A stretch of DNA of 64,000 nucleotides from NCBI RefSeq assembly GCF_000002075.1, contig NW_004797380.1, positions 188,355 to 252,354 of the forward strand, given 5' to 3'. The translations under genes were made by a program, and so were the position numbers. Each line of letters begins with the position of its first letter. The stretch's first letter is position 1. The notes beneath the pieces were generated by a model. That model had not been told where the DNA came from, did no database searches, and was given only the letters and a program-made list of their open reading frames with translations. Source of the DNA: Aplysia californica (Eukaryota). Positions 32,760 to 44,600 of this stretch are shown here, piece after piece.

Positions 32760-33072
32760 TCACTACCCTCTCTGTCTTTTCTATCCTGGTATTAGGTACA
32801 AGCCATCAAGAAGGGCTCTCTACTTCTCTTTGTTCTGGGAGGTCCTCTCCACCTCAAGCCAGTTGTGCCCCATCCGTCTGAGATCCTCCTCTGGATCTCT
32901 TTCCCAGATGGATCTCAACCTTCCTTTCTTCCCCTCCCCTGGGGATTCCATCAGAGTGTGCCCCATCAACCACCACCTTCTTTTCATGATCTCATAATCT
33001 ATTGGTTGTTGTTTGGTCCTCCTCCATAAGACTACATTTCAGATGGTGTCCGGCCAGTGGATTTTCAGAGTC
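32760..33072 (-). mobile_element. RTE-clade LINE 3' fragment
   Basis: Minus-strand remnant GHTL...WNPQGRGKKGRLRSIWER...QNKEK*RALLDGL, typical of the RTE ORF C-terminus. Confidence 0.7.
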
Positions 33073-34532
33073 ACAACTGCTATGTTCAAGTTATCTTAGC
33101 TGTATTTTGTTAGATTCAATTGCAAAAATTATCAGTAATGGGTGCTTGAAAGTTCAACAGCAGATTTATGTTGTGTAAAAATGAGGCATCTACCCTTGGA
33201 AGTTTGAATTGACTAATGTTTACCATGGCATTTTATCATAGATGTTCCTCTTGAATGGTGAATGCATGTTGTTGTGTGATGAACCTTGTATAGTAACTGC
33301 AATAAATAAAATATAACTGAATGGCTAACGGTGAAAACAATTTGGTTTGACTTTGATTTCCTGAATGTATCTTTTAGAAAAAGTTGTTTGTGTATTAATA
33401 GTCTCAATGAATCTGATCAAGAATCAGTCAAATAATCACACAGATATTGACTACTGACATGTGACTAAACAGGTAAGAGATCTCTAGAAACCTCAATTAC
33501 ATTTATGGTATAGGTTTTTTGCAAAAGAAAAACTCAGGTCCCAGCCTTTTGTTTTAGTACTTTCGAATGCTTTATGAGAACCATAAACTTTACAATTGCA
33601 TTAGGATATTTTTATAGCGAGCATGATCTTGTTGAATCATTTATTTTATATATATAGATCTGACGGAAAGTAACATCCTACAGGCAAAAGACAGCAACTT
33701 TACTTTTACTTTGAGGCTTCCTAAATTCTGTCAGCCAAACTTTTCTGCTTTATGAGGATATAATCATAATTTTTTAAAACTTTTTTGTTTTGACTAATGC
33801 TTACTATAAAAAGTACTGGTTCTGATGACATAAAGTTATATATACAAGATTGTAGAGGATGCTGTAGGTAGGTTGTCAATCTATTTCTCAATGTCATACT
33901 TTTATCTTTTATTTTACTATTCTTAGCCCTAAATTACAATTACGTGTACATTTATTTGACTGATTTTACTGAAATCAGATAAACAAGCAAAAATTTGCAC
34001 TGTTTGTGGAATGAATATATCCATTATGGTGTTCTGGGCAATGGCCTCTGGCCATAATACACTTCAATCTCATTCGTAAGCAAGTTTTAAAAATCTTGAC
34101 AGAATAAGTTTGTCACTTTGGGACATCTACTGCAACTCTAAAATTATATGGTTCAAACTGTTAAAAAGTCTTTGGTCTGTCTTTTGAAGGGTAGCAGGTT
34201 AACACTTATCTTTATGCTGTTAATTGCTTCATGCTGCATGTTATGTATGTGAGCTTTTCCTGTGGACCAAAATCTGGGATTTGAATTTGGGTTGTGTTTT
34301 TTTCTCTGAAGTGACCCATTCTGAGTGTGGAATAGTGTTGAACTTAAATAGAAAAAGGAGACAGCCTGACAATTCAGAGCAAAGCATCTACTTTTTCATA
34401 AGGGAGTGTATACAGTCCCGGTAACCGGGAACAAAGTCACAAAGTATACAGACCCGGTAGGGGAACTCTTTTGTGATTTCGGAAAGTTTCAGCGCCCTCT
34501 TGGCTCAGGGTAGATCACAGAATTCTACACTC

Positions 34533-34534
<2 letters not shown>

Positions 34535-34575
<41 letters not shown>

Positions 34576-34596
34576 TCCCTCTCCCTCTCTCTCTCT
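34535..34596. repeat. (CT)n microsatellite
   Basis: Seen directly in the sequence. Confidence 0.9.
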
Positions 34597-34769
34597 GTAT
34601 CGCTCGCATTCTCTTTCAGAGTGGTTATCCGTACAATTGTGCGACAAAACAGAGTGGAAAATGCCATCAACTTCTCCACTCTTACATCTTTCCTATCCTT
34701 CCTCATTTCTGGTTTACACTATCCTTTTCAATGCCAAGTATAATGTATCATCAGTGAAGCAGAAACAAA

Positions 34770-35070
34770 AAAGGATAACAGCTTTTGAAAGGAAATGTTT
34801 AAGAATAGAGAACTCTTTAAAATATTGTGGAGACAGGAAATGAAGAAGTACGAAGAAACACTACAGAAATGCCAACACTCCTCCAGAACATAATATAATA
34901 AAACTGAACCACTTTGGGCTTATCAAAAGCCACAATTCACCTGACAAACATACTCGGGAAGCAAAGGTAGAAGGCAAGAGAGAAAGGGGGATACCTAACA
35001 GAAGATGGGAACAGGACAAAGAAACCTTGCCTGGAACCAAAACAGATCAGGCAGGCAAAATGGCATAAAA
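34770..35070 (+). mobile_element. Degraded RTE-like LINE fragment
   Basis: Remnants RITAFERKCLR and KVEGKRERG..RRW. Confidence 0.55.
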
Positions 35071-35521
35071 GAGACAGTATTTCTTTGCAAAAAAAATATT
35101 CGAAAAGCGGCATCCAACAACTGGAAAAGCTACGAAAGCAAAGAAATTGTACCATCATCCCAGATATGGACAAGTTTCTTTAGAACTAGATCTAGATCTA
35201 GATGTTGTTAGAATGCATGACAGAGAAAAGGAAAAGTCACAACCTGTCCCCCTTGTTTTATGCAAGAAAAATTCTGATATTATGCAAACTGAGCCCCAAA
35301 ATGTGAAATTATGCCATTCTGTTAATTTTAACAAAGAATAGTAAAGTAAAATAATCAGAAATTATGCAAAAAATGATCAAATTTTGCTAAATTATGCAGG
35401 ATGCCTAAAACCACGGGGACAGCATAACTCACATTTCTGCGAAACTAAATGCTGACGAAGTTGTGATATTCTTTTATTTTAGGTTTAAAAAAATCAATAA
35501 GTTGCTTGCTGATGAGTCAAA

Positions 35522-35620
35522 ATGGCTGACTACGAAGCACTTGACTTCCTTGAGCAGAGAGTCTCAAGTCTTGAAGCTTTAGTATTTGGACAGTCGGAAA
35601 AAGATGCTGATTATCCAAAG
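35522..35620 (+). CDS. DCTN3: DCTN3 first coding exon (MADYEALDFLEQRVSSLEALVFGQSEKDADYPK)
   Basis: aaaATGG start context; aag/gttta donor; an upstream acceptor ending at 35482 suggests a 5'UTR intron. Confidence 0.88.
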
Positions 35621-38600
35621 GTTTATAATATTTTTTATTAAATTCTCAACTGCAGAGGACCGGGTAGGATCGTAGTGCTTTCACTCAAGCCTTTGGTGCT
35701 ACTGATAAGCTGGCATTGCCTCTCTACTTCTAGATCTACATCTCCCCCCATTGATTATAAATTGATATGATGTTTTAAAGTTAAAGGTTTGATTGGCTAT
35801 CTCTCCATAGAGTAGAGGCCTATCGGCTCGCGCATCAAGAAGTGATCGTTTAGAAACAGAAGTAATCGTTGGTGGGGTCAAAACGAGTATCCCCAAATGG
35901 GACCACAATTGTACAGGAGTGCCCAAAATGTCATACCCAATTTCTCATACTCGTCCCTGATTTCATCTGTATTGAACTGAATTTATTTTAATTAACTCTG
36001 AAGTTAAAAGGCAAATAGTCTAGTAGGGATGACTTTCGTAACAAGCGATCACTATGAGACAGAGCAGAATTGAGGGCAAGGGGTAGGGGTAGATCTAGTG
36101 GTAGGGTTTGGGTTGGGATTAGGCCTCTTCTTTATTTTTATTGTGTTTGATGGGGTGGTCGCTCGTTACGGAAGTCCTTCCGTCTAGTAAGATGTCTTGT
36201 AAATACTACTAGATTTAGATCTAGATATATGTAGATCTAGATCTAGGTGCTGCTTAAAAATGCGAGTCCCGTTTGGGGATAATCTAGAAATCTAGTTTTG
36301 ACCCCACTGACGATTACGTCTGGTTCTAAACCATTACTTTTTTACGTGCGTGCCAATGGAGAGATATCAAGCCTAATTGCAAAACATAAAATTGTGGTCA
36401 AATTCAGAGGGACGTGTCCCCCTGAACCTACCCCCCCCCCCCCCCCCCCCCCCCCATTCATGTTTTTGTGAGGTCAGGGGGCTGAAGCTACTATACTATA
36501 GTCTATAGGCTGTCCTCTATAGTAGCAAATAAAATTTCTCCTCCCCACCCTAGTCCTAGGCCTGGAGGCTAGATGTAGTCCTTGTCGTCTATTAATTTAA
36601 TGTTTTGAGAAAGTGTATAAACACATTGATTGTAGCTGTATCCTTTACTTTGATTTGTGGCAATGAAGATGGAGAAAGTACATTCCTGTTATGAAAGGCC
36701 ATATTTGCCATCAGTTTTATTGCTTCCTTTTTGTGCAAGAAAACAATTCATCCAGTGGTGTGGGTTTCGAAGTTGTATTAGTAGTTCAATGAGTGAATTA
36801 TAAATAGTTTACCCCTGACCACCTGAAATAGTGAATGGTTACAATGAGCTGAACTTGAAGAATGTTGCAGTAGATGAAAGCAAGGGTGAAATGTTTGCTC
36901 AGAGAGTACAGCTACCACTTTTCCACTAAAAAGCGAAAACTCCGCTACCGTTGCTTTATCACTAGCTTTTCCGGCTACTTTCCTCCTTCCTGTACTGGAC
37001 CACTCCCGGTTGCAAATTGCGATACTTTTTTACCCGCGGAAAACACCGAACCGGGAGTGAGACGAAAACACAGCTTGCACATGTCCGCCTGTAGCTTCCT
37101 ACTTCCGTTCTGTGCCTGGCGCTGAAGTCTCACGTTGTTTATTGTGGAGGGACAGTGTCGATGGAGCACCGGGATGATGGCGCGCCTAGTTGTCCTTGAA
37201 AATGGCGGAAATTCAAGAGAAATTTAGGCAGAATGCAAAAATAAATGGAACTGGAGCTGAATTAAGAAAGAAGCAGACGGTGTACAACTTCAGCAGTTCA
37301 TTAGAAAATTGAACAAGCCAATGCTGCACGACTTTGCGTTTGGTGCAATAGAGAAATCTCGTACAGTGCCAAAGGTGTTGATTCCATAATCCAACACTGC
37401 TCTACATCATTGCACAAACACTGAATTTTTTGTCACCAAACTGGGTCAAATGCTTGAATGTCTTGGTTTTTTTTCAAATAGATACATTTTAATTCAGTAC
37501 CATATGGTTAACAAATCTGTACAACACTTTTCCCTTCCAAAAACACAGATGTTCTGAGAGCATACTTCTGGATCTCTCTAGTTTACTCTGGCCTTCGTAG
37601 AGCGTGCTTACACCTTAGCGTGAATTTCCTCCTTTTTTGAAATTCCTGAGTGGCAGCTATGAGATAGGTTCAAATTCGAATTTGCGTTCAACAAGTTTAG
37701 ATACAAAATGTAACAAAATATAAGGAAAAACAGGATAAGGGTTGTGCCCCACAACAATGTCCTTCAGGATGTCACTGTTTACACTTAACAAGGATGCAGG
37801 AACAACATAAAGCTTAGTTTTGAAATAACCAATTGGTCAATAATGCTTGTAGTACATCAATTTTGATTTGAACAAAGGAAGGAATGGGAACATCACAATT
37901 TTGATTACTTCAGTTTTGAAGGCTTCATTTGTGACTGTCACAGTGCATGACACAAACGTAGGCCTACTCTGATACAAATATATAATAAATTAGAGATCTG
38001 ACCAAATATAGTTCAATGTATATAATCTAGTTGAATGGAATGGAGAATAGAATAGAGTCATACAAAAGGCACACATATCAATATATATACTCTCAGAGAT
38101 ACCCCCCTCAACCAGCCACGTCTGCTCCATGTGTGGCAGGGATTGTCACTCCCGCATCACCCTCATGAGCCACCAACAATCGTCCTTCAGCAGTAACACC
38201 ATGAACTCTTAGGGTACTATTATATCCATGGTCGATGATCAACCAAAGATGGCGTACCTCTACCACAGAATACTCTCTAGGAGTTTCTGACAGAAACGTT
38301 TGAAATTCCGTTCATAGGAACACAAGTCAAATGACTTTAAGAGTGCAATGAATAGGTAGCGTAAACACAGCCTCACGGGCATTCGTGGCCTTCCGAGCCC
38401 ATGGTTTCGGTGAAATCGAGGTAATTCAGATTGCTGTTACTTCGCTCTTTCGCTATCAAACACCAAATGCTGTACACATTGTAAAAGTTCAGCTTTTCCT
38501 CGTTACAATAGTGTAAGTTGTTTATATGTCCGATTATTAGGAGCTGAAGAATTGCCGTGGAAAGCGAAGCCCCTCACGGTCTAAATGTGTGGTTGGCCGG

Positions 38601-41600
38601 TTAAAAAATTAACACGCATGCATCCAATGCTTTGCGGAAAGATTGATTATTAAATACCGTCTTTTCATGGGCAGAGAACTGTAGAGCTTTGAAAGGGCAT
38701 TCCCGTGGTATATTTTTTACCTCGTTTAAATAGAAAGCCTTTAAAAATACCTTCAAACTTTTCAATGATCATATTTTTTACACGAAATATGTAAAATACC
38801 GGCTAAAAAAATACCATTAGAAAGATCAGTTCGTTTTCTATTAAAATAAAATAATCGGCTTAGAAATATTTTTCATCAATTCTTCCGCGAAGCTCGGAAA
38901 GCATGAGACCCCCACGCAGGGAGCGCTCGGTGCACTAGTAGAGAGCCGACGCGCTCGCCACAGGGGCCGGTGCGACGCCGGCCGGGTCAACGCTCAGTGT
39001 TTTTGTCGAAATAACGACAGGTCATCGTGTTTGCGGCGATAAAATACTGATTTGCAATGATCTCAATCTTGAAAAAAATTAGGCTCCATATCTATATTAT
39101 TGTGATTGTACTCTATTAATGTGGAGATGTTTGATGCACTTGGTACTCTTTTCCTGTCTGTCAAACTTGGGGTTGCAGCCTGTTAGTAACTTAAACAAAT
39201 TTGATCATATTTAAAACAGCTACCATTTTCTTAAAAATCGTCTGAGAGGTTAAAAAATGGTATCAAAATTCTCTGGAGATATAGGCCTTTCATATGGAAC
39301 AGATAAATTTGACATACATCTACTTTAAAAATTTAGTTTGTGGTACCTACAACAAGGTTATATGCTTTTTTATTTGAATGACTCCTTCAAAATGAACTCT
39401 TTGTGATGTACACTGCCTGAGCTTGCAAGCTGCCTCGTTTTGTAAAAAAAAAAAAGGGTTTTTTTTTCACTTTTCTCAGAAGTTATCTTGATTTATAAAA
39501 TATTTCACTTTTGCTTCTCAAATTTGTTCTATATATTAGCATGTTTTGATTCCCAGCTTAATGATTGCTTTCTTTGCATTTTTCATGGAAGACTATAAAT
39601 ACGTGTGACAAAAGTGAGTGTACTCTCCCTCCCCCTACATGTAATCACACCATACCCAAATTGCAGAGCCACCAGGTTTGAGCGGGTGGATATATTGACA
39701 GGTTGTAGTGAGATATGTGATGGATGTGTGGCTCACAGTAAAGACAGACTGGATACTTCACCGAAGGTCAAATTGGCGGAGTTCAGTGTTACTTAGTCCA
39801 GCCATGCAATGATCTCTCTGCTAGCAAGATCATCATCATATTCTAAGCTTAAGTGCTAATATGTCCAGTGAAACCACATAACAAAAAGATTGACATTTCT
39901 GCTCTGCTTTAATGCAAATGAGAGTGTACCTTTACAATTACACCCTTCAAAATGTAAGTTTTAAAACCTGCCACAAGCTTTATTTTAACTGTTGCAGAAG
40001 AACGTCTTGAGTGTATAATCTTTGTGACTATTTTTGAAAGATTTTAGCATAGCAAGTGGCATGGCTCAGTATGAAATGAAGTAGGTTTGGAAGATATGCT
40101 CATGTATGATGGTCCCTGCCGCCTAAACGCATGCTATTCACTCCGTTCAAACCCACGCTTTCATCATGTAACGGGTTTTTTACTATATAATTTAGATGTA
40201 CAAACGCACGGTTACTCCCTCAAAGCGCTCGCTCCAATCCGTGAAACATGGCGACATGTAAAGCTTGAAAATGGGAAATTTTCACTCCAACCTGCTCAGC
40301 TTACATAGGACAAGCCTAGATATTTGGTAAAACTGTCCCTCACGTCGAACAAAGAGTGATGGACAGCGTTTTTACACCCAACTTTCCACAGACAGTACGT
40401 AGGTCTAGGACTGGTCGGTGAAATGTTGGGGGGTGGTGTTGGGTAACAAAATGTTTTTTGATTGGTCACTGGAAATGCATCTTTGAGAGATGGTTTCTGA
40501 CTGGTGTTTGGGTGACTGCATGTAATGTTTAGTTAGACCTAGGCCTATGACTATGATGCGCAACACGCGTGAATGCTGTAAAACACTTGATAAGCCTCTA
40601 TAGGATTAAAGATTAGTCAAGTAAGTTTAATCAGCTGCTCGCTAAGAACTTATAACGTACTTGTTCAATGAATCACAAGAGAAATGTTTCTCTGAATGTA
40701 GAGATCTATGATTCTAATGTCGTCAATAAATTTACGGTCGGGGGTGGTCGCTTGGAAAGCCACATGGCTATCACCAACAGTTTCCTCTTAAAAAGCTGTC
40801 TGTCCCCAACATTTTATGGTGCATATCATTACATTGAGTCTGTCTTTCTCTCTGTGTACTCTTATCTTTACATTTTTAAGCTGAAAAGCGTAAATATGAT
40901 TGTCGAATTGTGCTTTATCCTTATCCATGAAATCTGTTGTGATCTTCCTATGTTAGTTTTAAGGTAGATGTTTACGAAGCGTGCCACTTCTTCACAGTGC
41001 TGTATAATTTTGTTTTTCCCTAGACCAAGGTGTTTTTGCTCTTTTTTTTTGTGGATGTATCATATTCTGTGTTAATTGCATTCCATAATATATTTCTTTT
41101 TTTATCCTGCACTTAGTTTCGAATGAAAAAGTAGGAAATGAATTGTCTTCAAATATTGGAAATATTTTTGTAAACCGCTGATAGTAAGATTAAGAAGTGG
41201 AATGCACTCCCTGTCTCACAAAGGCATGGTGGCTGCATGATTTGCTGATGAACAGATACTTATTCAAAGATTGGCTTGTGCTTCCACAGTTTGTTTTTAT
41301 GTCATGTAGTTGCCCTTCAGTTTTTTTAGTCAAAATATTTGATCTTGACATTTGACACAAAATGTGTATTTTTATTTTTTGAACAAAAAATCATTTTAAG
41401 AGCTGTTATGGTATAAGTATAATATCGTGCAGAAGTGTGCAGAAATAGATAAAAAATTTAGAGGCTTAATGGAAGCTGATGCCTCTCCCTGAAAAGTGTA
41501 AGATCTTTGAAAGCTGGTTTACATGCATACAAGCATAATTTAGACGTTCCTTTGTCTCCTTTAACTTTGTACTCATTCACTCTAATCTAATGGTAAGTGA

Positions 41601-44600
41601 TAACACTTCCTAAGCATGGTATAAAATATATAAAATTAAATTTTTATTTTTTGTGAACTTAGGAGAATTGCTATAGCCTATGCACTGTTTTGTTGCTTTT
41701 GCCTTTCCCTGTCATCCCTTTCTCAATAACTTCAGTGTTTATGGATGTACTTTTTTATTTCAATAATTTCATTTTTGTTGTTGCATGGAGTTTATTGATT
41801 TGAAAGCATCCTCACTTTCATTCATTTCAGAATTCAAAGCAGAAACAACAGGTGAGGTATTTTTGTGGTGTCTGCGTTGTACTCGAAGTTGACATTTAAC
41901 TATTTATTGCATCGTATCATAGTCTTGTGTTATGTGATCAAGTTCTAAAATATGGAGAGAAAAAAAAAAGACTGAGATGAACCCAGCAGTTGACTTATCA
42001 GGGAATACTAATCAATGAATGGCAATTCTAGTGACGACTGCATTGAGTATCTCCCTGTTAATTTGAGCACCTAGATTTAATTTCCTGCATTTTCAAATAA
42101 TATTGTATGCAGTTGCTGTATTGAGGAATACTTTTTCTTGAAGTTCGAAAGAATTCTTTGATTGCTTTAGGTTGGGAAAGAACTAGTTTTTGTTCTTCTG
42201 CTTAGCTTTTCAATAGTTTTCTTGAAATGTGGAAGGATTTTTGGAACTTCTTTAGATTGGGAAGGACTGGTTGTTGTTTTTTTTGTTCTTCTGCTTAGCT
42301 TTTCAATGGTTAAGCCTATGTCCTATTGTGATATAATTCTTTGTGCAATGCTTCAGCCACTTGTACGTATCTGTGCCCATTGTTATCTTAATTCTGTACT
42401 CCTAGCTTGGGATTCCATGAATGAGCATGGCATGCCTTTATGTCAACTGTGAAATGTTTCATTATTTTCTTGTGCTTTATTGTCTTGTCCTTTGCTGTGC
42501 CATATCTCAGAAGGTACTACCAAATACTTACGTCCATCTTTACCCTTTTCATATAGATTATTGACAGTCTTTTGGAAGTTCAAGCAAAAATTAACACATC
42601 CCTGGCTGGAAAGAAGAAAGCTGCACAACTGTATGAAAAATGTAAGTTGCTTTTTTTTCTGACTTTGATGAAAATTTCAGATAATTTGTTCTCATGCTCA
42701 AAATTCTGGACTTAGTCATAGTTATTTATTTTCTTGTTCCTTTTTTCTTCACAAACTTTATTTTAAAAAGTGTATCTCTTAACCACTGCTAATTTGTATT
42801 TTGCACCATTAGTCCATTGCTTCCAGCAGTCTTTGTATTTCCTATGAATAAATGACAGAACAAAATATTAGGTTTTAGTCGTTAAAAAAAAATAAAATAA
42901 CAGTTGTGAAACCAGCAGTACTTCCAAGTAGAAAACCTTATTTAGAGCATATAGCTTTAAGCCAATAAAGCTGGGTTTTTTTTGTCATTTTCACCTTTTT
43001 TTGGGGGGGGGGGAAGGAAGGGGAAGTGAGTGAGCACTCTGCTACTTTATGAATCTCAATGCTATAGCATGTGATACATTAGAAACAGAACTATTGCCAT
43101 ACCAAAATGAACCCTACCGACTTAACGATCCTTGTATCTGTCAAGAGAAGTGAGGACCTCTCTGAAAAGCTAGGGAAGAATTTAGAGAAACAAGATCAAC
43201 TAGGTCAGTAATGTTTTCAAATTGCTATTATCATGAGCATGATTCCTTGTTCCAGTGCCTGATTTGAAGAAATACCTGGATCATCGATACACAGATGAAA
43301 TGATGTTATCTGATGATGCAAGGGAAGAGACTATCCTTTCAGGTCAGATTTTTGGTACTGCTGTCCATTTATCTTGTAACAATCTTGCATTTAACTTTTT
43401 TAAAAATTTCGATATGGGTGTTTTTACGCCCCTATCCACACAATTATATAAATAATAATCATAAGAAATAATAAGTCACACTTTTATTTATCCCGGAATA
43501 GCACTTTGGTTTACAACGGCGAAAAAAAACATACATAAATACATAATTATAAATGTGTAACATTCATAAATACATGAATAAATACATACATAAATACACA
43601 ATATTACACAAATACACAACAGTTTACAACCATGCCACTGTCGGTCGCCACTGTGCAGCGCCCTGTATTTTGAACTAGGGTTGTCGTGTCTTGCTCAAGG
43701 ACACACCCCAGTGACCACCCATCTGATCCCCATGTCACCAACACTTGCTTGACATTACTTGAGTCTAAACTGAAACTCACTACTCACTTACCCACTGGAG
43801 CCCCCAGTTTAGGTTGCGGGCTTCAACACTGCCTGTCAGGGCCAACCCGAGCAGAAAGGGATACAAAATCTCAACAGAAAGACCGAGATACCTAATAAAA
43901 ATCCTCCCCACCCGGGTATCGAACTTTGGTGTCTTGCGTTCAATGGTGAAGTACCTAACCACAATACCACAAATGCAGGTGGAAATTGTAAAAAATCTAT
44001 TTATATTCTTCACTGTTTACTTTTTGTAGTTTTCTAGTTACTAACATAATTTATATACCTACTTGTGTCAGAAACAAATGAATACAAACTGCAGCCTAGC
44101 ACAGAGATCTATTCTTATTTTTTAAAATTATATATATTGCAGTGCTATTTTTATGAACAGTTTGATTTTGACCTTGGAAAGGTTTTGAAGCTTGCTACTT
44201 TTCTAGGTCTATTGAAATGAATGCTGCCTCTGTATGAATGAGTTTTTAAATCAAATTATGACTAATGAACTAGGAGGAAATATAAGCTAAGAATACTGTG
44301 AAGCGCTGACTGAGCAAATTAAAAGTTCCTTTTATCTGTGTTATTTTAGCTTTAATTATTATTTATAATTTATGCTCCACAGAATCTGAATTTTTAGAGA
44401 AGCAAGCTGCTCTTTACCAGAAACTCTCAGAAAAACAGCAACATGTGAACAGTGAACACGTTCAAGGTGAGGTGTTCACAAATCTGCTTTTTTAAAACCG
44501 TCACTAAGAATTGCAACTTTCAACTTTTTGACCAAATGCCTTTCTCCATATAGATCTAGGTCTTATAGTTTCATTGTTAAAAGACGTTATGGTTGTTCTG

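Noticed and set aside
35505-35545. Hammerhead ribozyme-like CTGATGAG...CGAA (also at 55673-55710)
   Set aside because: Stem II is not directly followed by GAAA here and does not pair at 55673; this site also overlaps the DCTN3 start codon.
36638-36646. Second U12-type donor GTATCCTTT in DCTN3 intron 1
   Set aside because: No associated exon or U12 branch site at a usable acceptor; a chance 9-mer is plausible.
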